From: Polyangiales bacterium
Lineage (GTDB): Bacteria; Myxococcota_A; Polyangia; Polyangiales; Ga0077539
Assembly: GCA_044229975.1 (NCBI GenBank)
Contig: JBGARZ010000005.1
Span: 160,001 to 224,000, forward strand
DNA: 64,000 nucleotides
Reading direction: 5' to 3'
The notes below the pieces were generated by a model that worked only from the letters and a program-made list of their open reading frames with translations, had not been told where the DNA came from and made no database searches. The translations under genes were made by a program, and so were the position numbers. Positions 9,976-20,616 of this stretch are shown here, piece after piece (position 1 is the stretch's first letter; each line of letters starts with the position of its first letter).

Positions 9976-10737
9976 CTACAACCGCCAGCTCAGCGTGCCC
10001 GCCGGGACCAGCGCCCACGTGAGCGCGTCCACCTTCTGACCGTCGCGACCGCCAGTGGTCCACGCCATCCGCAGGTCGAGCTCGATGGCGGCCGACAGGT
10101 GTCCGAAGCCCACGCGCATCCCGACCGCCAGCGCCCCTTCGACCCGGTGCGCCGTCAGGTCGAAGGACTGCGGCTGGATCGCCGCCGCCTGCACCGTCGC
10201 ATCGCCGTAGAGGTATCCCGCGCGCAGGCCCACCCAGGCGTCGTAGATGTCCCGGCGCGTGATGCCCGCGACCAGTGAAGCTTCACCGCCGTAGAGGTTG
10301 GCGCGCTGCACCTCGAAGCTGGGCATCAACCCATCGAGCGCACCGCCCACGAACGCGAAGCGCCCCGCGAGACCGCCGCTCAGCGTGAAGTCGCCGTCGT
10401 GGATGAGCTCGCGGCGCGCGCCGAGGCGGAGCGTTCGGCCGACGAGCGCGAGGCTGCCCTCCGCGGCGTGGCCGAGACCGACGCGCCCGCCCACGTACGA
10501 GGCGATGCCCGGCGGCGTGAAGGCATACGACGCGGCCGTACGGATCACCTGCTCGTTGGAGGCGGTGGGCGCGCGGCCCTCGTCGAGGGTCGTGGCCGCG
10601 ATGGGCGCGACGAAGGCGGTGCCGAGGTCGACCTCGACCCGACCGGGGCGGAGCACCCGCGCGGGCGCGAGGATGGGGGAGGTGGTCGCGCAGCCGGCCA
10701 GGAGCCCGAAGGCCGCAGCGGCCAGCGCGAGGCGCAT
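9976..10737 (-). CDS. Hypothetical lipoprotein, possible beta-barrel-like
   Basis: Lipobox MRLALAAAAFGLLAGC, alternating beta-strand pattern and C-terminal LSWRL. Confidence 0.7.
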   Translation of the reverse strand: MRLALAAAAFGLLAGCATTSPILAPARVLRPGRVEVDLGTAFVAPIAATTLDEGRAPTASNEQVIRTAASYAFTPPGIASYVGGRVGLGHAAEGSLALVGRTLRLGARRELIHDGDFTLSGGLAGRFAFVGGALDGLMPSFEVQRANLYGGEASLVAGITRRDIYDAWVGLRAGYLYGDATVQAAAIQPQSFDLTAHRVEGALAVGMRVGFGHLSAAIELDLRMAWTTGGRDGQKVDALTWALVPAGTLSWRL

Positions 10738-10742
10738 CGGCG

Positions 10743-11857
<1,115 letters not shown>

Positions 11858-12126
11858 GGTTCTCCCCGATCACTCAGGTCGCACCGTAGGGCGACGTTGG
11901 AACTTCTTCATGACAACCTCCCCCACAACCCGGACAGATCGACCCAATCATCACTCACTACAGAACCGACATCGCGGTCACGGTGCCGTCATCCGCCATC
12001 GAACGCCCTCCCATCAGCGGCGCGTCGTCAACCACCGGCGCTGAGCCCTTTTCGTCGAAGGAGTCCACACTCCCACGAAGTAGCCCGATCAGGGTCTGAC
12101 GAAGCCACGGACCCCGGGCGGCCAGA

Positions 12127-12211
12127 CCGAGACCCCCGTTTCGAGTCCCCAGACCGCTGATTTCGACCCCGAGACCCCTGATTTCGACCCCGAGACCCCT
12201 GGTTTCGAGTC
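12127..12211. repeat. Tandem 21-bp repeat, about 4 copies, consensus CCGAGACCCCTGATTTCGACC
   Basis: Units start at 12127, 12148, 12169 and 12190, immediately 3' of rimO. Confidence 0.85.
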
Positions 12212-12223
12212 TCCCGACGCCCT

Positions 12224-13627
12224 TCAGCCCGCCGTCACCCGCAGCGCCACGCGCTTCTTCGGCTTCGCCTTCACCGGGACGGCGTCGCCCTCCTCCATCA
12301 CCACCTCGCCGACCAGGTCGTAGTCCGCGCTCTGCGTGATGTCCGCCATCACCATCTCGCCCGGCCGCACCTCGGCGCCCGACAGGTACACCACGCCGTC
12401 GATGTCCGGCGCCTGACCCGCGTGCCGCCCCTGCAACACAAACTCGTGCTCTTCGCTCGCGCCGTCGACCAACACCTCGACGCGCGTCCCGATGAGAGCC
12501 CGGTTGGCCTTGCGGGCGATGGGCCGCTGCACCGCCATGAGCTTGCGGTGCCGCGCGGCGCTGTCCTTGGGCTTCACCTTGTCGCCCTGGGTTTCGCTGC
12601 CCGTTCCGTCTTCGTCCGAGTAGCGGAACACCCCCACCCGCTCGAACTCCGCCCACTTCACGAAGTCGACGAGCTCGGTGAAGTCCTCCTCCGTCTCGCC
12701 CGGGTGCCCGACGATGAACGCCGTCCGAAAGGTCACCCCCGGGATCTTCGCCCGCACCGTCTCCACCACCCGCCGCAGCCGCGCGCCGCCGTGGCCGCGC
12801 TTCATGCGCCGGAGCATCGCGTCGCTCGCGTGCTGGAGCGGCATGTCGACGTACTTCACCACCTTCGGATGCGACGCCATCACCTCGACGAGCTCGTCGG
12901 TGAGGCTCTCGGGATAGAGGTAATGAACCCGAATCCACCGCAGCGCGGGGATGTCGCCGAGGCGCTTGAGCAGCGCCGCGAGCTTGGGCTTCTCGTCGAG
13001 GTCACGGCCGTAGGCGATGGTGTCCTGCGAGACGAGGTTGAGCTCCATCACGCCGCTCTCGACGAGCCGCGTGGCCTCCTCCACCACGTCGTCGATGCCG
13101 CGCGAGCGCTGCTTGCCGCGGATGGACGGAATCGCGCAGAACGAGCATGTGCGATTGCAGCCCTCGGCGATCTTCAGGTAGGCGCTATGCCGACCCTGCG
13201 AGAGCACGCGCGGGTCGCTCGCACGCAGCACGTAGTTGGCGGGGTTGCCGACCAGCATGCGCTCGGCGCCACCGTCGAGAACGTCACGGAGCTTGAGCAT
13301 GTCGCTCGACCCGAGGAAGTGATCGACCTCGGGCATTTCCTTGGCGAGCTCTTCGGGGTAGCGCTGTGAGAGGCAGCCGGCGACCACGAGCTTCTCGCAG
13401 CGGCCCTCTTCCTTCATGCGCCCCATCGCGAGGATGGTGTCGACGCTCTCCTCCTTGGCCGGACCGATGAACCCGCAGGTGTTGACGACGATGTACTCGG
13501 CGTCTTCGGGCGACGCGGCGAGGTCGCAGCCCGCGCTGTTGGCGACGCCGAGCATGACCTCGGTGTCGACGCGGTTCTTGGGGCAGCCCAGGGAGATGAA
13601 ATGGATGCGCTTGCGCTCGGTGGCCAT
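12224..13627 (-). CDS. rimO: Ribosomal protein S12 methylthiotransferase RimO
   Basis: UPF0004 motifs SLGCPKNRVD and NTCGFI, radical-SAM KIAEGCNRTCSFCAIP, YLYPE, and a TRAM domain with QAPDIDG. Confidence 0.96.
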   Translation of the reverse strand: MATERKRIHFISLGCPKNRVDTEVMLGVANSAGCDLAASPEDAEYIVVNTCGFIGPAKEESVDTILAMGRMKEEGRCEKLVVAGCLSQRYPEELAKEMPEVDHFLGSSDMLKLRDVLDGGAERMLVGNPANYVLRASDPRVLSQGRHSAYLKIAEGCNRTCSFCAIPSIRGKQRSRGIDDVVEEATRLVESGVMELNLVSQDTIAYGRDLDEKPKLAALLKRLGDIPALRWIRVHYLYPESLTDELVEVMASHPKVVKYVDMPLQHASDAMLRRMKRGHGGARLRRVVETVRAKIPGVTFRTAFIVGHPGETEEDFTELVDFVKWAEFERVGVFRYSDEDGTGSETQGDKVKPKDSAARHRKLMAVQRPIARKANRALIGTRVEVLVDGASEEHEFVLQGRHAGQAPDIDGVVYLSGAEVRPGEMVMADITQSADYDLVGEVVMEEGDAVPVKAKPKKRVALRVTAG

Positions 13628-13690
13628 CGACGGTGGGGCACTCTCTACGCGCAAGCCCCCCGGCGCGGCAAGTCGCGCCCGGTCGAGGGC

Positions 13691-14953
13691 TCAACGCGCC
13701 ACGCACTGTCCGCGGAGCAGGTAGCCGCCCTCCGCCGCGGGCTCGCCGAAGATCACCCACGCCCGGGTTGCCGTCGGGTTGAGGGCGGCGCCGAAGAGGC
13801 GGAGGTTGCGTTCGGTGGTTCCGCGGTAGGCGGTGGCGTGGGCCCCGCGCTCGCCCCACTGGGCCTCGATGGACGAGTTGTAGCCGCCGCCCGAAGGTCG
13901 GCTCGCCCACGCCATGAAGAGCTCACCCGCGGAGGTGGAGGCGAGGGCGCCGGTGGTGGCGTTCCAGGCGGCGCCGGGGTGGAGGAGCGTCGGGAGGATG
14001 GGGGTGCGGCGCGCGAGGGTCATCGGGTCGCGCTCTTCGAGGGCGACGTCGACCTCGCGCACGCCGCGGTACACGAGGCGGTAGAGGGCCGATGGTGTCT
14101 CGACGAAGGCCGACGCGCTGGCGTCGTCGCCCGCCTCGTCGCCGACCTCGATGATGGAGCCGTGGCCCGAGATGAAGCGGCGCATGCGGAGCCGACCACC
14201 GACGTCCTCCAGCGCGGCGTAGCTGCTGCCGCCGTCCTGAAGTGTCACCGACGCGCCCGGCCCGATGGGGTCGATGCTGGGGTTGTTGGGGGTGTTGACG
14301 GTGATGCGGGCGCCGCTGGTGAAGACGAGCGCCGTGTCGGAGGTGACGACGCGGAAGTTCGATGGGGACAGCGTGCGGGCGACGCGGGCGACGCGGGGGG
14401 AGAGGTCGAGGGTGTTGGTGAGGGAGAGGGTTCCGCCGGAGCGGGCGATGATGTGGAGGGAGGGGCCAACGGCGATGGCGCCGGTGTCGCCCGAAAAGGA
14501 GAGCGAGAGCGCGTCGGGGGCGGCGCCGCGGGACGGGAGTTGGAGGGGAATGCCGACAGGACGGATGGGGGTGAGGTCGGGGTCGTAGACGCGAACGACG
14601 GTGGTGTTGTCCGCGGCTTGAACCCAGGCGAGCGCGAAGCCGCCGCCGTCGAGGGGCTCGATGGCGGCGAGCGAGACGCGAGCGCCCTCGGCGAGGATGA
14701 AGGAGCCGCCGCAGCGCGAGGCGGGCGGCGCATCGACGGGGAGCGGCGGGACGTCGGCGGCGACGACGGGCGGACGATCGGTCGGGCGCGACGCGTCGAC
14801 GAAGACGAGCGGGACATCGGGCGCGGCGGCAGCATCGGGCGCGGCGGGGACGTCGGGTGTGGTGGAGGCGTCGGGGGCGTCGACGGTGACGGTGTTGGCG
14901 CAGGCACCGAGCAGGAGCGAGAGGGCGACGAGGCAACGGGAGGAGGCGAGCAT
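13691..14953 (-). CDS. Hypothetical lipoprotein
   Basis: Lipobox LSLLLGAC followed by a DA/DVP low-complexity linker and a beta-rich domain. Confidence 0.75.
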   Translation of the reverse strand: MLASSRCLVALSLLLGACANTVTVDAPDASTTPDVPAAPDAAAAPDVPLVFVDASRPTDRPPVVAADVPPLPVDAPPASRCGGSFILAEGARVSLAAIEPLDGGGFALAWVQAADNTTVVRVYDPDLTPIRPVGIPLQLPSRGAAPDALSLSFSGDTGAIAVGPSLHIIARSGGTLSLTNTLDLSPRVARVARTLSPSNFRVVTSDTALVFTSGARITVNTPNNPSIDPIGPGASVTLQDGGSSYAALEDVGGRLRMRRFISGHGSIIEVGDEAGDDASASAFVETPSALYRLVYRGVREVDVALEERDPMTLARRTPILPTLLHPGAAWNATTGALASTSAGELFMAWASRPSGGGYNSSIEAQWGERGAHATAYRGTTERNLRLFGAALNPTATRAWVIFGEPAAEGGYLLRGQCVAR

Positions 14954-15003
14954 GGCGGTGGGGTGGCCGGGTGGGGGGTGATCCGTCGGGGAAATTTCGT
15001 CGG

Positions 15004-15036
15004 AGGGCCGCAAGGGCGCGAGGATCGCAAGGGGCT
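15004..15036 (+). repeat. 33-bp dispersed intergenic repeat (REP-like), copy 1
   Basis: AGGGCCGCAAGGGCGCGAGGATCGCAAGGGGCT is identical to 58631-58663. Confidence 0.85.
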
Positions 15037-15300
15037 ACGAGCTGGGAAGCGGGCCGTATCGGTCGATTGGGCGGATCGGCCGCTGACGTAGCCGCCTCGC
15101 TCCGGGAGCACCCGCCCACGCCCGCCCAACGCGGACTTACCCGGAGGGACGCGCCCGCCCACGTTCGCGGTCACCGCTGCCCCAAGCGAGAGCGCGCGTC
15201 GTTCGGGCGCGCCTCGCTCTTGACGTCGACCTCCCCGCGGCGCTGACATCGCAAGGTCGCCGCCGCTCCGTCGTCCGCCACCGAGAGGAGATTCCCGCTG

Positions 15301-15939
15301 ATGCAACGAATCAATCTGGTCGACCGCCGGTCCCCTGCCCCGCGGTCTACGCTTTCGCCGTGGCTCGCCGGCCTCGGCGGCGGTTCGGTGGTGCTGCTCC
15401 TCGCGGGGCTCTTCGTGGTGCACGCCAACGAGCGCGCCGAGACGGCCCTCCGCGAGGCCGACAACGTCCGGCAGCAGGCGGCCATCGAGGCCATCACGGC
15501 GCGCGTCACCGATCACCCCGCCGTTCGCGCCGAGCTGCGCGAGCACCAGCAGCACGCGGAGGTGGTCGACAACCTCCAGCACCGGCGCATCGACGCCTCG
15601 GCGCGGCTGCTGGAGATCTCGCGCATCCTGACCCGGGGCGGCGCGCCGACACTGCGGCCCGGCCCCGCCCGCGACTACCTGCACGCCCGCGTCTACGAGC
15701 GGCAGCCGTGGACCGCCCAATGGGATCCGCACCGCCTCTGGCTCACCGCGATGGAGGAGGACGGCGATCGGCTGCTCATCCGCGGCGAAGGTCTCTCGGT
15801 GGACGACGTCGGCGAGCTGCTCAAGCGCCTCCAGTTGAGCGCGTTCTTCAATGACGTGCGGCTGGAGCACACCGAGCTCGCGGCGGCCGACCGTGGCGCG
15901 CGAGCAACCCAGCGCTTCACCCTCGTCGCCCGCCTCTGA
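15301..15939 (+). CDS. PilN-domain (type IV pilus assembly) protein, orphan paralogue
   Basis: Starts MQRINL, has one TM helix and a coiled coil, then LWLTAM...LIRGEG...LQLSAFFNDVRL. Confidence 0.8.
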   Translation: MQRINLVDRRSPAPRSTLSPWLAGLGGGSVVLLLAGLFVVHANERAETALREADNVRQQAAIEAITARVTDHPAVRAELREHQQHAEVVDNLQHRRIDASARLLEISRILTRGGAPTLRPGPARDYLHARVYERQPWTAQWDPHRLWLTAMEEDGDRLLIRGEGLSVDDVGELLKRLQLSAFFNDVRLEHTELAAADRGARATQRFTLVARL

Positions 15940-16075
15940 CCGCAGGCGAACCCCTCCCCCAATAGTCCACGGCATGGGTCGACCGCGGTCGAAGCCGTGC
16001 ACCGCATGTGCTGAGCACGGGTTGGCTCCGGTCGAGCCTTGACCCGACGGGTTCGGTCGGCCACCTGTCCCCAGC

Positions 16076-16597
16076 GTGGTGATCGATCGGGCCTGGGCGT
16101 TGGGGTTGCTGGCGGAGATCGGGGCGCCCGCGCGGCTCGTCACCCACGCGCGCCTCGTCGGCGAGGCCGGTGACCGGCTGGTAGCGCTCGTCGCGGGCGT
16201 GGGCGTCGCGCTCGACGCCAACCTCGTGCGGGTGGGCGTCGCGCTGCACGACGTGGGGAAGACGCTGCACCCGGGTGAGCTCGATGGTCCGGGAGAGCGC
16301 CACGAGGCGGATGGTGAGCGGCTGCTCCTGGAGCGCGGCGTCGACCCGCGGATCGCGCGGGTGTGTCGATCGCACGCGCAGTGGGCGACGATGGAGTGCT
16401 CGCTGGAGGAGTTACTCATCGCGCTCGCCGACAAGCTCTGGAAGGGCGTTCGGGCGAGGCGGTTGGAGGAAGTGGTGATCGACGCCATCGCCGCGCGGCT
16501 GGGTCAGGCGCGGTGGGATGTGTTCGTGGTGCTGGACGACGGCTTCGAGGGGATTACAGCGGGCGGGGACGAGCGGCTCGCGCGGAGCCGCGGCTGA
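16076..16597 (+). CDS. HD-domain phosphohydrolase
   Basis: HARLV, LHDVGK, HE, SH and LADK motifs. Confidence 0.85.
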   Translation: MVIDRAWALGLLAEIGAPARLVTHARLVGEAGDRLVALVAGVGVALDANLVRVGVALHDVGKTLHPGELDGPGERHEADGERLLLERGVDPRIARVCRSHAQWATMECSLEELLIALADKLWKGVRARRLEEVVIDAIAARLGQARWDVFVVLDDGFEGITAGGDERLARSRG

Positions 16598-16603
16598 ACC
16601 CAG

Positions 16604-17392
16604 TCAGCGGGTGCTGGACGCCGCTTCTCGCGGGGTCGCGATGAGGGCATGCAGGAGCGCGCCGTCTTCGGCGAGCGTGTCGACGGTGCGCGCGAAGGAG
16701 CGACCCGCCACGCGGAGGGCCTGCGCAGGAAGGTTCGTTGCGAGGGCCTCCTTGTCGGCGTCACCGAGGCAGTGGAGGTCGTGGTGATCCTTCGGCGCAG
16801 CGACGTTGTCGAGCAGCGTACGGTCGACCGCCCACGCCTCATACTGCGCGACGTGGGACCCGGCGCAGACGCGGGCGCGACAGAGTTCCGAAGCGCGCTC
16901 GGTGCTCTGGTAGAGCCACGACTCGATGGAGTAGGCGGGAACGACGAGATGGAGGCGCTGCATGAGGGCGTCGACGTCGACCGCACGCCGCTCGTTGAGC
17001 CAGAAGCGAATCGCGGGTTCGAGCCGGTCGCGAAACTGCCGAACGTTGGTGCTGGCCTCGGCGCCGCCCTGCTTCCACGTGAGGTCGGCGTCGAGGTGGA
17101 AGAAGACGAAGCGCGGAACGTCGTCTCGATCGAGCAGTTGATCGGCGATGTACTGCGCGAGTCGCACCCGCGACTGGTGACCGAGACCACCGCGGGCTCG
17201 CCAGAGCTTCACCCCCAGCGAAGCAAGGACGTCGGCGCCAGCGTCCTCGCGGGGGATGGTCTGCACGCCGTTCCAGTCGACGCCGACGATGAGCAGGTCG
17301 CACATCGCGCGGACGCAGGTCACGACGGGCTTCCAGCCGCTGCCGCCGGTGTCTTCGGTCAGCACGACGAAGACCGCGGCGGCGTCGGTCAC
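16604..17392 (-). CDS. TOPRIM-like putative nuclease (DUF4276/RloB/AriB-like)
   Basis: N-terminal strand followed by TED, a DxD motif HLDAD, and SIESWL. The start overlaps the ATPase stop (GTGA). Confidence 0.65.
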   Translation of the reverse strand: MTDAAAVFVVLTEDTGGSGWKPVVTCVRAMCDLLIVGVDWNGVQTIPREDAGADVLASLGVKLWRARGGLGHQSRVRLAQYIADQLLDRDDVPRFVFFHLDADLTWKQGGAEASTNVRQFRDRLEPAIRFWLNERRAVDVDALMQRLHLVVPAYSIESWLYQSTERASELCRARVCAGSHVAQYEAWAVDRTLLDNVAAPKDHHDLHCLGDADKEALATNLPAQALRVAGRSFARTVDTLAEDGALLHALIATPREAASSTR

Positions 17393-18660
17393 CAGAGGCC
17401 CTGCGTCCGCAGGATGTCGTGCACGTGCATCACGCCGTTCTGGTACGAGCGGAAGAACTCGGCGGACTGAGCGGCGTCGGGGTGCGTCCAGACGGTCTCG
17501 GTGCGGCCCTCGCCAACGGGTGACGTGCGGCAGAGGACGAACCCGCGGCGGACGTCCTCCTCGGACTCGAAGCCGAGGTGATCGAGGAGCAGGGGGTTCT
17601 GCGCGGAGACGAAGACCTGGCGGGTGCCGATGGCCTCGACGCAGGCGTCGATCCAGTCCCAGTGGAGGCCGTTGACGAGCTCATCGGCAACGACCACGTC
17701 GGGGTTGCAGGCGAGGTACCAGAAGAAGGTGAGCAGTCGTCGCTGGCCGAAGCTCCAGTGGTCGTGGGGGACCAGCGGGGAGACGCCAGACTGTGAGAAG
17801 AAGCGGAAGTTGCCGAAGGAGGGGCCGTCGCCTGAGTCCTCCTCGGTACTGACGGACGTCGCAACGACGATGATGCGTCCGCGCCCAAGCAACCCCACGC
17901 ACCGATCGAGTCCCTCGTCGCCGCCAAGATCGAACTCAACGCTAGCGCGCCCATGAGGAGACAGGTCGTTCACTTGGCGCACAAGCGCGTCGGGCACGAA
18001 CTCTCCCTGAAGCGATGGTCCCCCGGATGTTCGAAACCACTCGTGGATGTTTGTCATTGCCACCCGCGGTGGCGACGCGGTTCGAGCATGCCCCTTCGTG
18101 CCGGTGAGCACGTCGAACATCCCAACCCCCTCGTCCATGCGGTAGCAAGCCATGGCGTGGCCCCAGGGACGCATCCGGACTCCGCCTTCGACTTTGTCTA
18201 GCTGCTCTCCAAAAAGCGATGCATCGACGCGTGACCTCCGTAGTGGGTTGTCGGAGTGCACTTCCTTTGCATCGACCGCTCCGACCTTAGACGAACGGAA
18301 TTCCGCGACGAGAACCTTGTCGACGATGATGGCTCGACTGGCATCAAGCTTCACAACCCTCACTAGCGCAGCAAGATCACTCCGAGCTCCACCCGAACTC
18401 CTCCACGTCGGTGTGTTCGTTGAGCACACTACGAACGTCGACCCATCTTCCGCCACCAGTTCGTACTCGATCGCGAACGCCTCCCCCTGCAACGCCGACA
18501 GATCATCGCGCAGCACCATCGAGATCAGGTTGAGCAGCGTGGTCTTCCCGCTCCCATTGCGGCCGACCAGCACGTTCCACCCGTCGCCGAAGTGCAGCTC
18601 GGTGCCCGGCCGCACGTCGCGGAAGTGCTCGATCTTCAGCCGCCGCAGCCGGGTCGCCAT
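17389..18660 (-). CDS. ABC-type ATPase (AAA_21/AAA_15-like)
   Basis: Walker A GRNGSGKTT, signature-like WSFGQRR, Walker B VVVADE, NGLH loop and SAQNP switch region. Confidence 0.9.
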   Translation of the reverse strand: MATRLRRLKIEHFRDVRPGTELHFGDGWNVLVGRNGSGKTTLLNLISMVLRDDLSALQGEAFAIEYELVAEDGSTFVVCSTNTPTWRSSGGARSDLAALVRVVKLDASRAIIVDKVLVAEFRSSKVGAVDAKEVHSDNPLRRSRVDASLFGEQLDKVEGGVRMRPWGHAMACYRMDEGVGMFDVLTGTKGHARTASPPRVAMTNIHEWFRTSGGPSLQGEFVPDALVRQVNDLSPHGRASVEFDLGGDEGLDRCVGLLGRGRIIVVATSVSTEEDSGDGPSFGNFRFFSQSGVSPLVPHDHWSFGQRRLLTFFWYLACNPDVVVADELVNGLHWDWIDACVEAIGTRQVFVSAQNPLLLDHLGFESEEDVRRGFVLCRTSPVGEGRTETVWTHPDAAQSAEFFRSYQNGVMHVHDILRTQGLW

Positions 18661-18681
18661 CGCTCGCTCGCGCCCCGCCGC

Positions 18682-19167
18682 CTACTCGCGGAAGTTGTTG
18701 TACTGCGCCTCGAAGGCCAGATCGCTCGCCTTCAACATCCGCATCGTCGCCTGGAGGTCGTCGCGGTTCTTCCCGGTGATGCGCACCGTGTCCTCGTGGA
18801 TCGACGCCTGCACCTTCAGCTTCGACTCCTTCACGAGCTCGATGACCTTCTTGGCGTTCTCGCGGTCGATGCCCTCCTTGAACTTCACCAGCTGCCGGAA
18901 CGTCCGCTGCCCCGCCGGCTTCGCCTCTTGCGGGTCCAACTGCTTCAGCGACACGCCGCGCTTCAGCATCTTCGCGATGAGCACCTCGTAGGCGGCCTCG
19001 ACGCGCCCCTCGCTGCTCGACACGATCACGATCCCCTCGGCGTTGCGCTCGATGGTGGTGCCCGTGTCGCGGAAGTCGAAGCGCGTCCCGATCTCCTTCT
19101 GCGACTGCAACAGCGCGTTATCGACCTCGGGCTGGTTGATCTTCGACACGACATCAAACGACGGCAT
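18682..19167 (-). CDS. yajQ: YajQ-family nucleotide/c-di-GMP-binding protein
   Basis: MPSFDVVS...RFDF...KVQASI...TGKNRDDLQ...NFRE matches the YajQ pattern. Confidence 0.96.
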   Translation of the reverse strand: MPSFDVVSKINQPEVDNALLQSQKEIGTRFDFRDTGTTIERNAEGIVIVSSSEGRVEAAYEVLIAKMLKRGVSLKQLDPQEAKPAGQRTFRQLVKFKEGIDRENAKKVIELVKESKLKVQASIHEDTVRITGKNRDDLQATMRMLKASDLAFEAQYNNFRE

Positions 19168-19199
19168 CGCTCTCCACTCTCCTCTTCGGCGATCGTTGT

Positions 19200-19823
19200 C
19201 TACGCGCTGCCAGCAGCGCGCAAGGTTTCACCCGCGGTCCAGAGGTCGGCCAATGCCTCCGTCGCGAGCGTCACGCGGTCGATGCCCCGCTCGGCCTCCA
19301 GCACCCGCTGGCGCATCGCCGGGTCGATGATGAAGCGGTCGACCAGCCGCAGCGCCAGCCGCGACGACGGGAGCTCCGTCGGCACCACGTACTCGAACTG
19401 CGGCCGCGTCTCCCGCACCACCCGCATCACCGCCGACAGCGTCGCCATCATCGCGAGGCGCTCGACCGACGGCACCTCGGCGTCATCGGGCTCCAGCATC
19501 GCCGTCGCCTTCACCCGCCGATAGGGCGGAACAAACTCCAGCTCCTCCAACGTCACCCGCACCATCCCCTCCACCAGGATGTTGAAGCGCCCGTCCGGGA
19601 GCTGCTGGTTGGCCACGATGCGCCCCGCCGTCGCGATGTTCGCAAAGGCCGGGTGCTCCTCCGCGGGGTCGCCCACGATGGGCGCCACCACCAGCCAGCC
19701 GTGCGTCGAGAGCGAGTCGCGCACCATCGCCCGGTACCGCGGCTCGAAGATGTGCAGCGGCATCCGCTGGTCGGGCAGCAGCACCACCCCGGGCAACGGA
19801 AACACCGGAACGGCCTCCAACAT
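19200..19823 (-). CDS. LON peptidase N-terminal substrate-binding domain protein
   Basis: PVFPLPGVVLLP, PLHIFEPRYRAMV and LPDGRFNILVEG. Confidence 0.92.
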   Translation of the reverse strand: MLEAVPVFPLPGVVLLPDQRMPLHIFEPRYRAMVRDSLSTHGWLVVAPIVGDPAEEHPAFANIATAGRIVANQQLPDGRFNILVEGMVRVTLEELEFVPPYRRVKATAMLEPDDAEVPSVERLAMMATLSAVMRVVRETRPQFEYVVPTELPSSRLALRLVDRFIIDPAMRQRVLEAERGIDRVTLATEALADLWTAGETLRAAGSA

Positions 19824-19825
19824 CG

Positions 19826-20401
19826 CTACCCCCGCCCCATCGCGACCGAGTCGAGAAACTCCCGCCGCCCCGCCGCGTCGTCCACCCACTGCCCCGCCCA
19901 CGACTGCGTCACCAGCACCGACTCCACCTGCCGCTCACCGCGCAGCGTCAGGCACGCGTGCCGACCCTCCAGCACCACGCCCGCCGCCCGCGCCCCGAGG
20001 TGCGTGACCAGCGCCTCGACCACCTGCCGACCGAGCGTCTCCTGCAACACCAGCCGGTGCGCGAAGCACTCCACCAGTTGCACCAACGCACCGAGGCCGA
20101 CGATGCGACCGCCCGGCAGGTACCCGAGATGCGCCCGCCCCGCGCACGGCAACAGGTGGTGCGGGCACATGGTCACGAAGGAGATGCTCGTGAGCACCAC
20201 CATCGTCTTCTCGTCCGACGGCAACGACTCGGCGAGCACCACATCGGGCGAGCGCCGATAGCCGTCGAGCAGCTCGTCATGCCACGCGCGGGCCGTGCGT
20301 TCGGGTGCGCCCGAGAGCTCCGCATCGTCGTCCAACGGAACACCCAGAGACCGGAGGAAGGTTCGCAGCGCCTGCGCCGCCTCGTCGATGGTGTCGGCCA
20401 T
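19826..20401 (-). CDS. folE: GTP cyclohydrolase I
   Basis: Zn ligands CPHHLLP and HAC, plus GYLP, IVGL and LQE. Confidence 0.9.
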   Translation of the reverse strand: MADTIDEAAQALRTFLRSLGVPLDDDAELSGAPERTARAWHDELLDGYRRSPDVVLAESLPSDEKTMVVLTSISFVTMCPHHLLPCAGRAHLGYLPGGRIVGLGALVQLVECFAHRLVLQETLGRQVVEALVTHLGARAAGVVLEGRHACLTLRGERQVESVLVTQSWAGQWVDDAAGRREFLDSVAMGRG

Positions 20402-20616
20402 GTGCAGGGCTCTCTCGGAGAAGAACGATCGGGGTCGTCGCGACACCCGAAAGCCCCTGTTGGATGCCGCAAGTGCCCGTCGGCCGCAACCTTCGTCCCC
20501 CGTCGCACGACAGGGCCCGCCGCGCCGCCGATGCAGTGACCCCCACGCGCGGTTGCGGGGATGGTTCCCCGAGACGTAGCGTGGGTGGCGGAGCGCGAGA
20601 GAAGGACACCGTCCCC

